Source of the DNA: Chiloscyllium plagiosum | Lineage: Eukaryota | Reading direction: 5' to 3' | Length of the DNA stretch: 20,000 bases | Assembly: GCF_004010195.1 (NCBI RefSeq) | Contig: NC_057749.1 | Location: forward strand, 9,573,443-9,593,442 | In this document: in pieces, positions 1 to 9,304 of the stretch | Layout: each line of letters opens with the position of its first letter | How positions within the stretch are numbered: position 1 is the first letter of the stretch | Translations under genes and position numbers: made by a program | Notes under the pieces: generated by a model | The model's database searches: none | What the model saw: only the letters and a program-made list of their open reading frames with translations | Told to the model about the DNA's origin: nothing

Positions 1-66
1 TCTGCCATTTCTGCCTGACCTGCTGCATTTGTATGTTTTTATTTCAGATCTCCAACAACTGCAGTG
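1..66 (+). mobile_element. Degenerate Penelope-like (PLE) terminal-repeat 3' fragment
   Basis: ctgcctgacctgctg...tttcagatctccaacaactgcagt resembles the 3' part of the repeat at 4343-4406. Confidence 0.55.
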
Positions 67-71
67 TTGTG

Positions 72-390
72 AAAACCAAAAGAACTGCGGATGCTGGAAA
101 TCAGAAACAAAAACAGAAGTTGCTGGAAAAGCTGAGCAGGTCTGACAGCATTGTTGGAGAGAAATCAATAGTTACATCCTCAGAACTGATGGGAGTGAGG
201 AAAATGTCGCTTAATATTCAGAAGATAGGGTGGGGGGAGGATGTAAGGAGTAAATGATAGGTGGTGATAGAGCCCAAAGAGAGAAAGGACAGTTGAACAG
301 ACAAAGGAGTGGATAACGATCTGGCTAGGAGGGTGAGTATCTATTAATGCGAACTATTAGTGGCTAACAATGGGTTTTGTGTAATAGCAG
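72..390 (-). mobile_element. PLE 3' UTR/terminal-repeat fragment, hammerhead stem II deleted
   Basis: Co-linear similarity to 5045-5313 (aaaacagaa.ttgctggaaaagct.agca.gtctg, agagcccaaagagaga, acaaaggagtg, attagtgg.t.acaa), which is attached to the GIY-YIG ORF remnant. Confidence 0.8.
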
Positions 391-678
391 TATTGAGCTG
401 GGATGTAAGTGTGCTGTTCAACCTCAATCATCTTCGTTCATCACTGGTATAATATCAGTCTCTGTTTTGGATGGGGACAAGGAGGTAGTGAGCCATAAGT
501 GATTAGTGAGTATCTATTAATGCGGACTATTAGTGGCTAACAATGGGTTTTGTGGAATAGCAGTATTGTGCTGGGATGTAAGTGTGCTGTTCAACCTCAA
601 TCATCTTCGTTCATCACTGGTATAATATCAGTCTCTGTTTTGGATGGGGACAAGGAGGTAGTGAGCCATAAGTGATTA
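333..678. repeat. Head-to-tail tandem duplication, 2 x 173 bp (333-505, 506-678)
   Basis: Direct comparison shows 3 substitutions and no indels. Confidence 0.95.
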
Positions 679-1069
679 AGGTGAATGCGGTGCTGCAAGA
701 AAGTCACATGCAAACTGGTGATGCCAATTCTTGCCAAGTCAATCTCAAAGTAGTCTCCACAAATCCCTGAATAGAGGGTGCAGCAAAACATACCAGCTGA
801 CCCAAGGTGCTTTTACCATAATATAAATCATTAACGTGCAAGCGCACTATTACCTTAGCTTGCAGACAATAACAGATGGTGCTAAAGCACTCAGTCAACA
901 AAGACTCTGGGAAAGTGGCTGCAGAACTAGGGATTGTCCAGAAGGTGGAGCAGTGGCTCTGCATTCATTAGAAAAATCCAGCATTGGGCTCCCTACCAGA
1001 GAAAGTTTGCAGCAACTTTATTCAATTTCATAGTAAATATTAAGTGTTAATGTTACACACAGTGACTGA

Positions 1070-1545
1070 ATGGATAGAGCAAATGTTGAAAACTGTTTAC
1101 TGTTGGCAGGAGAGTCAATAACCAGAGGACAATGTGGTTAAGGCAAAAATGAGGACTGCAGATGCTGGAGATCAGAGACTGGATTAGAGTGGTGCTGGAA
1201 AAGCACAGCAGGTCAGGCAGTATCCGAGGACCAGGAAAATCGATGTTTCAGGCAAAAGCCCTTCATCAACGTGGTTAAGGTTACTGGCAAAGAAACTAGT
1301 GGTGATGTGAGGCAAAGACCTATCTACGCAGCCCAGCTGTACTAGCCTGGAATTCGCTGCCTGGGATGGCAGTGCAAGCAGATTCAATACTACGTTTTCA
1401 AAAGGGAACTAAATATTTAACACTGACTCGTTTGTAGGGCTACAGAGAAAGAGCAGGGGAATGGGACTAATTAGATAGCTCTTGCAAAGTTGTGGCTCAA
1501 TGGGCTGAATGGCCACAGTCTGTGATATAAAGTTCTATGATTCTG
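1070..1545 (+). mobile_element. Degenerate CR1-type LINE 3' fragment interrupted by a PLE mini-insert
   Basis: ggagagtcaataaccagaggaca encodes the GES.TRG motif of the CR1 ORF2 C-terminus; tail atgggctgaatggcc...ttctatgattct. Confidence 0.7.
1144..1266 (-). mobile_element. Short PLE-terminal-repeat insert with hammerhead remnant; 14-bp TSD
   Basis: TSD caatgtggttaagg (1130-1143) / caacgtggttaagg (1267-1280). Minus strand 1268-1242 reads TGATGA-A-GGGC-TTTT-GCCT-GAAAC-ATC. Confidence 0.85.
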
Positions 1546-1714
1546 CACTGAGTTTAGGATGTGTGTCAATCTCTGAGATTTGCTTAGCTAGCCAATGTGA
1601 CTGCTCTTCTTCTTGTTGCAAGCTCAGTGTTTTGCATTGCTCCCAGTTTGGAAAGATTGAGAAACAAGGTGAGACAGGACAAGAAGTATCGGGGTTAGAC
1701 ACCTGGAAACATTG

Positions 1715-1960
1715 AAAAGGCATTCACCCCTTTGATTCTGCTCCCCAATTCAATATGATCATCCAACTCAGTCCCCTGGTCCCACTTTCCCTCTTTGATC
1801 CCTTTGGCCCTAAGAACTACATCAAACTCTTTCCTGAAAACTTTCAATGTTTTGTCTTCAGTCACTTTGTGTGACAGAAAGTTCCACAGGCTCATCGCTC
1901 TTGGGTGACAAAATTTCTCCTCATCTCAGTCCTAGGTGCCTTAACCCTGTGACCCCTGGT
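1715..1960 (-). mobile_element. CR1-type LINE 3' fragment
   Basis: ORF 1695-1895 (SLWNFLSHKVTEDKTLKVFRKEFD) resembles the CR1 ORF2 C-terminus, as in 15439-15753. Confidence 0.75.
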
Positions 1961-1964
1961 CCGG

Positions 1965-2130
1965 CCATGTTACTGTGGGTGTGGAGTTACAGATACGTCT
2001 GGTGATGGATTCCAGATTTCCTTCCCGAAAGGACTTTGGATGTGGGTATTGTCAGCAACTGGTGATAGTCCCAGTGTCACCGTCACTGGGATGAGCTTTA
2101 TATATTCATTTAAATTTAAACCAGCCTGGG
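1965..2130 (-). mobile_element. Degenerate SINE fragment, same family as 2945-3190 and 10615-10800
   Basis: Shares ctgtgggt.tggagt.aca and agatttccttccc.aaaggac with 3049-3110. Confidence 0.55.
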
Positions 2131-2213
2131 AAAGGTTTGCCCTCATCTGCCTGTATTAATTGACTCACTGAGCCATGGCTGTTTTAGAGCAGAGTGAAGG
2201 GAGAACGATGCTA

Positions 2214-2424
2214 GATGTATGGAATCAGCTACCAGAGGAAGTGGTGGAAACTGGTACAATTGCAACATTTAAGTGGCATCTGGATGGGTATATGATTAGG
2301 AAGGGTTTGGAGGGATATGGGCCGGTTGCTGGCAGGTGGGACTAGATTGAGTTGGGATATCTGGACGGCATGAACGGGTTGGACCAAAGGGTCAGTTTCC
2401 ATGCTGTACATCTCTATGACTCTA
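2214..2424 (+). mobile_element. HER1/CR1 LINE 3' end, 5'-truncated
   Basis: Close match to the reverse complement of 19172-19380; ends in ctctatgactctat. Confidence 0.9.
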
Positions 2425-2469
2425 TTCCAGCTCCAGGACCTGATTCACATGTCAACTCTTCACACACAT

Positions 2470-2550
2470 GATGTGGGAGCTTGCTGTGTGTAAATTAACT
2501 GCTGCATTTCCTTCAGACAACCGTGACTACACTTCAAAGTAATTTCACAA
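2470..2550 (+). mobile_element. Deu-domain SINE (SacSINE/AmnSINE-like) 3' fragment
   Basis: tgtgggagcttgctgtg...gtgactacacttcaaag, also at 9684-9727 and 16893-16950. Confidence 0.6.
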
Positions 2551-2862
2551 GTAAACGGCCTCTGTTGATCATCTTGGATCTCTGCCTGCACAGTTAAATG
2601 CTGGGTTATGTTTCTGTCAGACTTATAGTCACTTCTGACTTTTCACAACCTTAAAATGAAAGGGACCTCCGTCAGTGCTTCCAAAATCTAAGGTTGAAGC
2701 ACATTGTTCAGTAGCAGCCTTATACCGTGGCCTTCTGTTCACAGCACTGTTACACAGAAGTACTCTTACCAACATGATGGCTGCCGTGGTATCACATTGC
2801 AGTATTTTGCTGCATCAATTGGCTGCGTTCGCGAGAATCAGGCTCAGCAGCTAAGATGTTCT

Positions 2863-2877
2863 TCACAACAGAGCAGT
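2863..2877 (-). CDS. Candidate last coding exon (TALL*) of DRAM/PGAP2-like gene
   Basis: Acceptor ctccccctactcag at 2878; phase 0 gives ACT GCT CTG TTG TGA; possible donor TTG|GTAAGA at 2769. No homology support for this exon. Confidence 0.3.
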   Translation of the reverse strand, partial: TALL

Positions 2878-2944
2878 CTGAGTAGGGGGAGCTTGGCGAT
2901 TTGTGTTTGTCTTTTCTCCTTCGTGGGATAAGTGTGTTGTTGTG

Positions 2945-3190
2945 GAGGCCAGCGTTTGGTGCCCATCCCTAATTGTCCTTGAACTGAGTGGCTTGAACTG
3001 AACTGCTGCATCATTCCAGGGGCTTACCCTTGAGAGTTAGACACATTGCTGTGGGTCTGGAGTCACATGTAGGTCTGGACATGGATCTGAGATTTCCTTC
3101 CCTAAAGGACATCGGTGAGTCAGAGGGGGTGTTTACACAATCAGTGATAGTTTCATGGTCATCACTACTGAGGTTAGCTTTATAAAGTCC
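2945..3190 (-). mobile_element. SINE 3' part sharing its tail with the LINE at 17750-18280
   Basis: tgcccatccctaattg is approximately the reverse complement of caattagggatgg at 18216-18228; the body overlaps 10615-10670. Confidence 0.65.
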
Positions 3191-3385
3191 CATGGCATCA
3201 TGGAGGGTTTTACAACAGTGATCGTGTCAATGTGAGTGCCACTATGAAGGGTTGCTTTGAAGAGATGGACACAATACTAGGCTGCTATTTTAAAATATAC
3301 ATTTAATATATATTTATGTTATATTGGACCTTAGGTTCCATTTCCCAGATTGTTAGCTTGGACCTCAGAACTATTACTACTGAAA

Positions 3386-3849
3386 TATTTACCAGGATGT
3401 TACCGAAGATTGGAGAGTTTGAGTTAGAAGGAGAGATCGGATCCTATTCCCCTGGAGAGTAGGAACTGAGGGGTGACCTTATAGTGGCTTGTAAAATCAT
3501 GAGAGGCATAGATAGGGTAGATAGCCAACAGCTTTTCCCCAGGGTAGGGGAGTCTAAAACTAGATGTCATAGGCTTAACCTGAGAGGGGAGAGCTACCAA
3601 CAGGGTCCAGAAAGGCAATTTTTTTCTCACAGAAGGTGGTGAGAGGGTGTGTGGAATGGGCTGCCAGAGTAGTAAAGCGAGTAAAATTTGTCATATAAGA
3701 AACATTTGGACAGGTTTGTGGATGGGATGGGTATGAAGGGACATGGACCAAACCCAGGCAAATGGGACAAGATTAATTGTGAAAACTGGATGGCAAGGGC
3801 ATGTTGGGTGGAAGGGCCTGTTTCCATGTTGTAGGCTTCTATGAGTCTA
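3386..3849 (+). mobile_element. CR1/HER1-type LINE 3' fragment, frameshifted
   Basis: Encodes FTRMLP, LRGDLIVACKIMRGIDRVD and FFSQKVVR motifs matching ORF 19251-19979; tail ttctatgagtcta. Confidence 0.9.
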
Positions 3850-4257
3850 CTACACCTGCCACGACAGCAGGGAGAGCCCTGCTAAGATGATCAATGCCTC
3901 TGGGAGAGAGTAAAATGGGTGGGATGTGGAGAGTTGGAAGATGCGATTCCTCTCAAAACAGAATTGAGTTTTTTTTTGCAAAATGACTCACAAGTAACAA
4001 TCTGGGGGACAGAAATATATTTGATAAAAGTCATCAAACGATCGGTGCATAGACAGTTAAATAAAGTCATTGTCCATTGTTAAGGAGTAGAAAGGTCACT
4101 GAATGTGAGGCCATACAATTGGCACCTGTCTTCAAAAACAAGAGATCAAGCTGTTCCACATCTCCCAGGTCCTGGCCACTTACTTTCAAAGTGTAATTTA
4201 CCACAATACTCCACAATATCTCCTTCACATCACTTGGCCTGGGAAGGATGGAATGGG

Positions 4258-4420
4258 CTGAAAATGTGTTGCTGGAAAAGCGCAGCAGGATTCCTGAAGA
4301 AGGGCTTATGCCCGAAACGTCGATTCTCCTGCTCCTTGGATGCTGCCTGACCTGCTGCGCTTTTCCAGCAACACATTTTCAGCTCTGATCTCCAGCATCT
4401 GCAGTCCTCACTTTCTCTTC
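4258..4420 (+). mobile_element. Fold-back PLE mini-element with intact hammerhead core; 14-bp perfect TSD
   Basis: TSD aaggatggaatggg at 4244-4257 and 4421-4434; perfect 33-bp inverted repeat 4257-4289 / 4351-4383. Confidence 0.9.
4290..4326 (+). ncRNA. Minimal type I hammerhead ribozyme motif, core intact
   Basis: CTGAAGA (4294-4300)-A-GGGC-TTAT-GCCC-GAAA-C-GTC (4319-4321); palindromic ACGT at helix III, as known for PLE minimal hammerheads; predicted cut after C4321. Confidence 0.8.
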
Positions 4421-4990
4421 AAGGATGGAATGGGGCTTATTTGGCAGACATGAATGGAAGAGTTCCAATAATTTCTTCTGTAAATGACAGAGAGCCAGTG
4501 TTTTGTTTGGGGCGGGAAGGATTCTATTTAATGGGACTTAATCTGAGCAGGAACACTCGGAAAATATCTATAATACTTTAGCAATCCCTTAATAAGTTTT
4601 ATGATTTTCTTTTCCTGGAGATGACGACAGGCCTGAAATTTCCACTTGAGCAGCTTCCAAATTTTGCTCCCAATTCATTTGGCCCCTCCATGTCTGACAC
4701 AGCTACAATGATGTCAAATGAGGACATGAGCTGGAATCAGCTGTGGCTATCTACTCACCCACTATCATTCACTCTATGACATGGGGCTAGTTCCTCCTCC
4801 AATCTGGCCCTGAAAGCTCTGAATCATTGTCAGACAGGCCATCAGGAATTGCAGAAACTCTAATCCCCCTTTGCTCCAACTCTGATTTCACTTTGATTCA
4901 AGCAACACTTAGAAGACATCAAGTAAATCCTGCTTTAGGGAACCATTCAAACACTGACTAGAAAAGTGTGAGACCTTAACGAATTCTCAC

Positions 4991-5014
4991 CACACCCTGG
5001 CCTTCTGTCCCCCT
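4991..5014 (-). CDS. Candidate 24-nt micro-exon (RGTEGQGV, phase 0-0)
   Basis: Acceptor tgacgttttgtgtttccag, donor GTG|GTGAGA; frame-preserving. Confidence 0.35.
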
Positions 5015-5330
5015 CTGGAAACACAAAACGTCATCAATGCAGGAAGAAAAACAGAAATTGCTGGAAAAGCTCAGCAAGTCTGGCAGCATCCAGACCTGGG
5101 GAGAAAGCAGAGTTCATGTTTTGGGTGCAGTGACCCTTCCTCAGAGCTGATGGGGTGGTGGGAGGTAAGAGAGTAAACTGTGGGTGGAAATAGAGCCCAA
5201 AGAGAGAGAGAGAACAGTTGGACAAAGGAGTGATTAAAGGTCAGTCTGGGGGAATGAATAGTTGCTAATGGGGAGTATTAGTGGTTGACAACAGGATAGT
5301 GTGTAGTAGCAGACTATGTGATAACAAGGC

Positions 5331-5548
5331 GAAAGTGGGTCCTGCAGATGCTGGAGATTAGAGTGGTGCTGGAAAAGCACAGCAGGTCAGGCAACATCCA
5401 AGGAGCAGGAAAATCGACGTTTTGGGCAAAGGCCCTTCATCAGGAATGATGAAGCCATTCCCCGATGAAGGGCTTTAGCCCGAAACGTCAATTTTCCTAC
5501 TCCTCCACTGCTGCCTGCCTTGCTGTGCTTTTCCAGCGCCACTCTAAT
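5331..5548. mobile_element. Palindromic head-to-head double-hammerhead PLE mini-element; 17-bp perfect TSD
   Basis: TSD ctatgtgataacaaggc at 5314-5330 and 5549-5565; inverted arms 5355-5448 / 5456-5550; cores at 5443-5416 (-, CTGATGA...AAAACGTC) and 5462-5489 (+, CCGATGA...GAAACGTC). Confidence 0.9.
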
Positions 5549-6030
5549 CTATGTGATAACAAGGCCTGGTGTGTGGGGCTGGGGTAAGGACATGGGCGAA
5601 GGTGTCTCAGGTGAACATTGTTGAACTTGATATTGAGTCCAGAAGGCTGGAGAGTTCCCAAGTAGAAGATGAGGTGCTGTTTTTCCAGTTTGTTTTGAGC
5701 TTCAATGGAACACTGCAGTGAGTCTGAGACTGAGATATTGGACAGGGAGCAGGGTGGTGTGTTGAAGTGGCAGGCAATGGAAGCTCAGGGTCTTTTTTGC
5801 CAACAGAACGTGGGCGTTCTGCAACATGGTCGCACGGTCTACACTTTGTTTTCCCAATGTAGAGGAGACCACATTGTGAGCAGCAAATGCAGTAGACTAG
5901 ATTGTGGGAAGTGCAGATAAAGCGCTGTTTCAACTGGAAGGTGTGCCTGGGGCATAGATGCTGAGGAGGGAGGAAGTAAACAGACAAGTGTTACACCTTC
6001 TGCAATTGCAGGGGAAGGTGTCATGGGGTT

Positions 6031-6053
6031 GTGGTGGTGGTGGTGGTGGTGGT
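6031..6053 (+). repeat. (GTG)7 microsatellite inside the PLE
   Basis: Read directly; explains the poly-H/P/T/V runs in overlapping ORFs. Confidence 0.95.
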
Positions 6054-6228
6054 TGGGGAGGAAAGAGGGGGGTGTTGCTTGGGTGGTGAGGAGGTGTTTT
6101 GGAAGGGAAGGAGAAGTGGACCAAGGTGTCCCAGAGGGAACAATCCCTGTGCAAGGCTGACAAAGGAAGGGAAGGTGAATGTGTGTCTGGTGGTGGCATC
6201 CCACTGGAGGTGATGGAGATGATGGCTA

Positions 6229-6327
6229 AAAATGTGTTGGCAGGTCAGGCAGCATCCAAGGAGCAGGAGAATCGACGTTTCGGGCATGAGCCCTTCTTCA
6301 GGACTCATGACTCATCACAGGACTCCT
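6229..6327 (-). mobile_element. Short PLE-terminal-repeat insert with intact hammerhead; 19-bp TSD
   Basis: TSD gtgatggagatgatggcta (6210-6228) / gtgatggagatggtggcta (6328-6346). Confidence 0.85.
6269..6306 (-). ncRNA. Minimal type I hammerhead ribozyme motif, core intact, 5-bp helix I
   Basis: Minus strand GAGTC-CTGAAGA-A-GGGC-TCAT-GCCC-GAAA-C-GTC-GATTC; GAGUC/GAUUC pair with one G-U. Confidence 0.8.
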
Positions 6328-6798
6328 GTGATGGAGATGGTGGCTAGTGATCCTCTGGATGCTGGTGGGATGGTAGGTGAGGATAGGGGGACCCTATCAC
6401 TTGTCAGAGGAAAGAGAGGGGCTAAGGGCTGAAGAGCAGGAGATGGTTGGGACCGAGCTGAGGGTCCTGTCAATTATGTTACTGGGAAATCCTTGGTTGA
6501 GGAAGATCATCAATATAGAGTTGGAATCTCAATGGGAGGGTTTTCCAGTTGGAATGTCATTGGACATTGCTGGAAACAAAAAAAAAGTCCAAATAGTCAT
6601 TCATGACATTGCTTTGGGGATTTTGCCCAACTCCTATTGGTAATGGCTAAAACATTACCATCTGATTTCCTGCAATCAAACTCCATACCCACCAGAACTT
6701 AAAAGTAAGCTCTGTGCTTCAGTTCATTGAATAATGTCTTCCTGAAACAAACAGACCAGGAAGCTAAAGATGCATTAGAAGTATATTTCAAATTACAT

Positions 6799-7255
6799 TG
6801 GAGTCAGAAGTTTGTGGGTTCCGTCTCAGAGACCTGAATGCCAAATCAGATCCAATACTCCAGCACAGTACTGGAGGAGTGCTGCATTGTCAGAGCTGTC
6901 ATCATTTGGATAAGACATTAGACTAAAAACCCTGTCTGCCATTACAGGCTTAAAAAGGTCTTTCAGAGATGAGTAGAGGATTATTACTGGAGTCCTGCCT
7001 TATATTTAACCCTCAATCAACATCAATAAAAGCAAATTTCTGATCATTGTCATCTGGTTGATTATGTACATGAGCAATAAAGCGAACTGCAGATGCAGGA
7101 AATTTAACACAAACTGCAAGTTCAGGAGAAACTCAGCTGTTTGTATATAGATTGGTTTATCAGCCTCCTACATTACAGCAATGACTACATCTCAAAATGA
7201 CTTCAGGGCTTCGGAATGCGTTGAGGTCATGAACCAAGCAAATGGAAATGCTTTC
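6799..7255 (+). mobile_element. Deu-domain SINE (SacSINE-like), interrupted by a PLE terminal fragment at about 7075-7138
   Basis: cagtactggaggagtgctgcattgtcagag and ccctgtctgcc Deu-like block; similar to 9305-9785 and 16630-17030. Confidence 0.7.
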
Positions 7256-7342
7256 TTTGGAAATAGTTTCATAAACAAATGGAATACAAAATAATATTCA
7301 AGTTGGTGATAGCCACAAAGCTGTACTACTGCTGAACACAAC

Positions 7343-7408
7343 CTTTTGCCCCTCGTACGCAGCATGAAGACTCGATTGGAACACATCCGAGAGACATAAT
7401 GTTATAAA
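7343..7408 (-). CDS. Candidate exon, 66 nt, phase 0-0: FITLCLSDVFQSSLHAAYEGQK
   Basis: Acceptor gtcacgttcctag; donor AAG|GTTGTG (weak); CpG retained; completes the E-Y-x15-D last-TM pattern of Frag1/DRAM proteins. Confidence 0.6.
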
Positions 7409-7689
7409 CTAGGAACGTGACAATAATGTAGGAAGTGGAACACTGTTAGCCTACTGAGCAAACAGCTGGACCTGCCATAACCCCCCAAAGTCAAGAAGAC
7501 TATTGGCTTAGTGATATCTACTTCATCTATGTCAGAATCCTGGCCTCCACAAAGTTGGGTTGAAGTGTGGTGCAACTGTCAGTCCAAAATAGAATCATGG
7601 CCACACAACATTGTAAACTAAGTAACTCATGGCAAGAGCTGCTACAGCTTCATCTCGATATTCCCCATCCCATGGATGTCTTCATCTAC

Positions 7690-8150
7690 CTCCAATACTT
7701 TCCCTCAACCTGAAGTCCTCCCCCAGGCCTTTTACCTGCACTTGACTTGTTCATTGACAATTATCGACGCGACATTGGTCACGTTAATTTCTCTGCCTCT
7801 GCGCCCCTTACCTATTCAAATGTATCTCCCTCTGAACTGACTGCACTTTGCACTCCTCGATCCAACCCTGTGAACAAGGGTAGTGCTGTTGTAGTCCCCC
7901 GTACTGATCTCAACGTTGTGCAGGCTGAGCGTAGCTCTCAGATACCTCCTCCTATTCCCTCCTGGACCATGACCCCACCATCAAGCATCACGCCATTGCG
8001 TCCACAACGGTCACTAAACCCATCTCATTCTGCCTCCCAACTCATAGTCCCCCAACCCCATACATCCTGCTCTACCTTCTTCCCGGAATTCAGCACAGGA
8101 CTGCCCAGGAAGACCCAAAGTTTATACCTGTTCCTGCCACACCAAACCCA
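7690..8150 (+). mobile_element. Penelope-like element internal fragment (pre-RT region)
   Basis: ORF 7747-8175 SNVSPSELTAL...NKGSAVVVPRTDL resembles a degenerate PLE DKG motif; frameshifted afterwards. Confidence 0.8.
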
Positions 8151-8439
8151 TCTGAGTCAGCAACTCCAAGTTTGAGCCTTAGCCCAGGACTCGATGGCCA
8201 AGGATGGTGCACTTGGACCAAGGTCAAACAGCTTGAGGGTTAACCTGTAAATCCTTCCAATACACACAATAATGGCAGACAGGGAGAGAAGGGGAAATTC
8301 CTGCTCAGCTCTGAGATGGATAGTCGCAGCCTCTACCATCACTATCCCTAGCTTCAGAGTGCAGGACCGATGTAATAGACCATGCTGTCAGAGTGGTTTG
8401 GTCCCCCTATGTGAACGACAGGGCAGAATGGTGTACCCT

Positions 8440-8511
8440 GATTCATATCATATTAAATGGCAGCGCAGGCTCAAGAAGCTGAATTGCTTATTCCTGCTCC
8501 TAGTTCTTATG
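8440..8511 (+). mobile_element. CR1-type 3' tail
   Basis: aatggcagcgcaggctcaagaagctgaattg...cctgctcctagttcttatg, similar to 15725-15815. Confidence 0.6.
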
Positions 8512-8532
8512 CTGTCTGTCAACTAATGTACA

Positions 8533-8704
8533 AAGTCAGAAGTCACACAACACCAGGTTATGGTCCAAAAAGTTTACTTGGAATCACAGACTTTCGGAAT
8601 ATACCTTCGTCGCTTGACAAAGGAGCAGCGCTCCAAAAACTTGTGATTTCCTGTTCAACTTGTGATTTTGTCCACCCCAGTCCAACACCAGCACTTCCAC
8701 ATCA
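8533..8704 (+). mobile_element. Second-family fold-back PLE-type mini-element with decayed hammerheads; 13-bp TSD
   Basis: TSD caactaatgtaca (8520-8532) / caactaatatgca (8705-8717); + core TTGACAA-A-GGAGC-AGC-GCTCC-AAAA (8614-8638); - remnant CGACGAAGG...CCGAAAG (8611-8590); aatcaca/tgtgatt inverted. Confidence 0.65.
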
Positions 8705-9304
8705 CAACTAATATGCACACACATTTAAAATTATGTAAATACCTAGCTTTAAAAAAAAGCATTTTTATGGTCACTAACCATCATTTATTCAAGTAAGATT
8801 GACTAAAATGTGGAACATATACAAATGAGGACATGTAGAAAGTGCAAGTTAATAATTTACAAAAGGAATGCGTTCCCATGTTAATCAAATCCAGTTCCAT
8901 TGCAAGCACAGGGCCAGATTTGAACTCCGTGTGAGTGAATCAGTGTTTTGCATTACTTGAAGTCTAGCACAACATGCTCAACAGTGTGTTTCCTCCTGGA
9001 AACTGGCAGGAAGGGAGATTTTGCTGACTGGCACCATCAGTGGAATTGTATCCAATTCCATAAATAGCTCTACCTGTGGTCATCATAGTGCCTGCCAACA
9101 GATTGCTCATTCTGACGCACCTTGGTTGCAGATATGTCAATAGGTGTTCATGCAATGCTTGCTAACATTGGTTGATGTAACGGGAATGAGCTGCTTCTGT
9201 TTTTGCTGAATGGACCTAGAATAGTTTAGCTTGATTCATTTCATTTCTATCAGCCTCCCGCTCTCTCTCTTGCACTTGCCAACTGGGAAAACTGTCATTG
9301 TAAC

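Larger units (their letters stand above)
5030..6505 (-). mobile_element. Penelope-like retroelement 3' part: degenerate linker + GIY-YIG endonuclease + terminal repeat, with two nested inserts
   Basis: ORF 5607-5987 has FICTSHNLVYCICCSQCGLLYIGKTK (PLE GIY-YIG); ORF 5930-6199 has TFPCNCRRCNTC; hammerhead remnant at 5144-5115 CTGAGGA-A-GGGT-CACTGC-ACCC-AAAAC. Confidence 0.92.

Noticed and set aside
333..678. CRISPR-like or satellite array
   Set aside because: Only two long units, no repeat-spacer pattern, eukaryotic context.
4257..5550. MITE/DNA-transposon interpretation of the inverted repeats
   Set aside because: Long variable TSDs, asymmetric arms, single-arm copies and similarity to the PLE terminus indicate a retro-origin.
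5839..6308. ORFs with poly-His, poly-Pro, poly-Thr or poly-Val runs
   Set aside because: Produced by a (GTG)7 microsatellite within a degenerate PLE.
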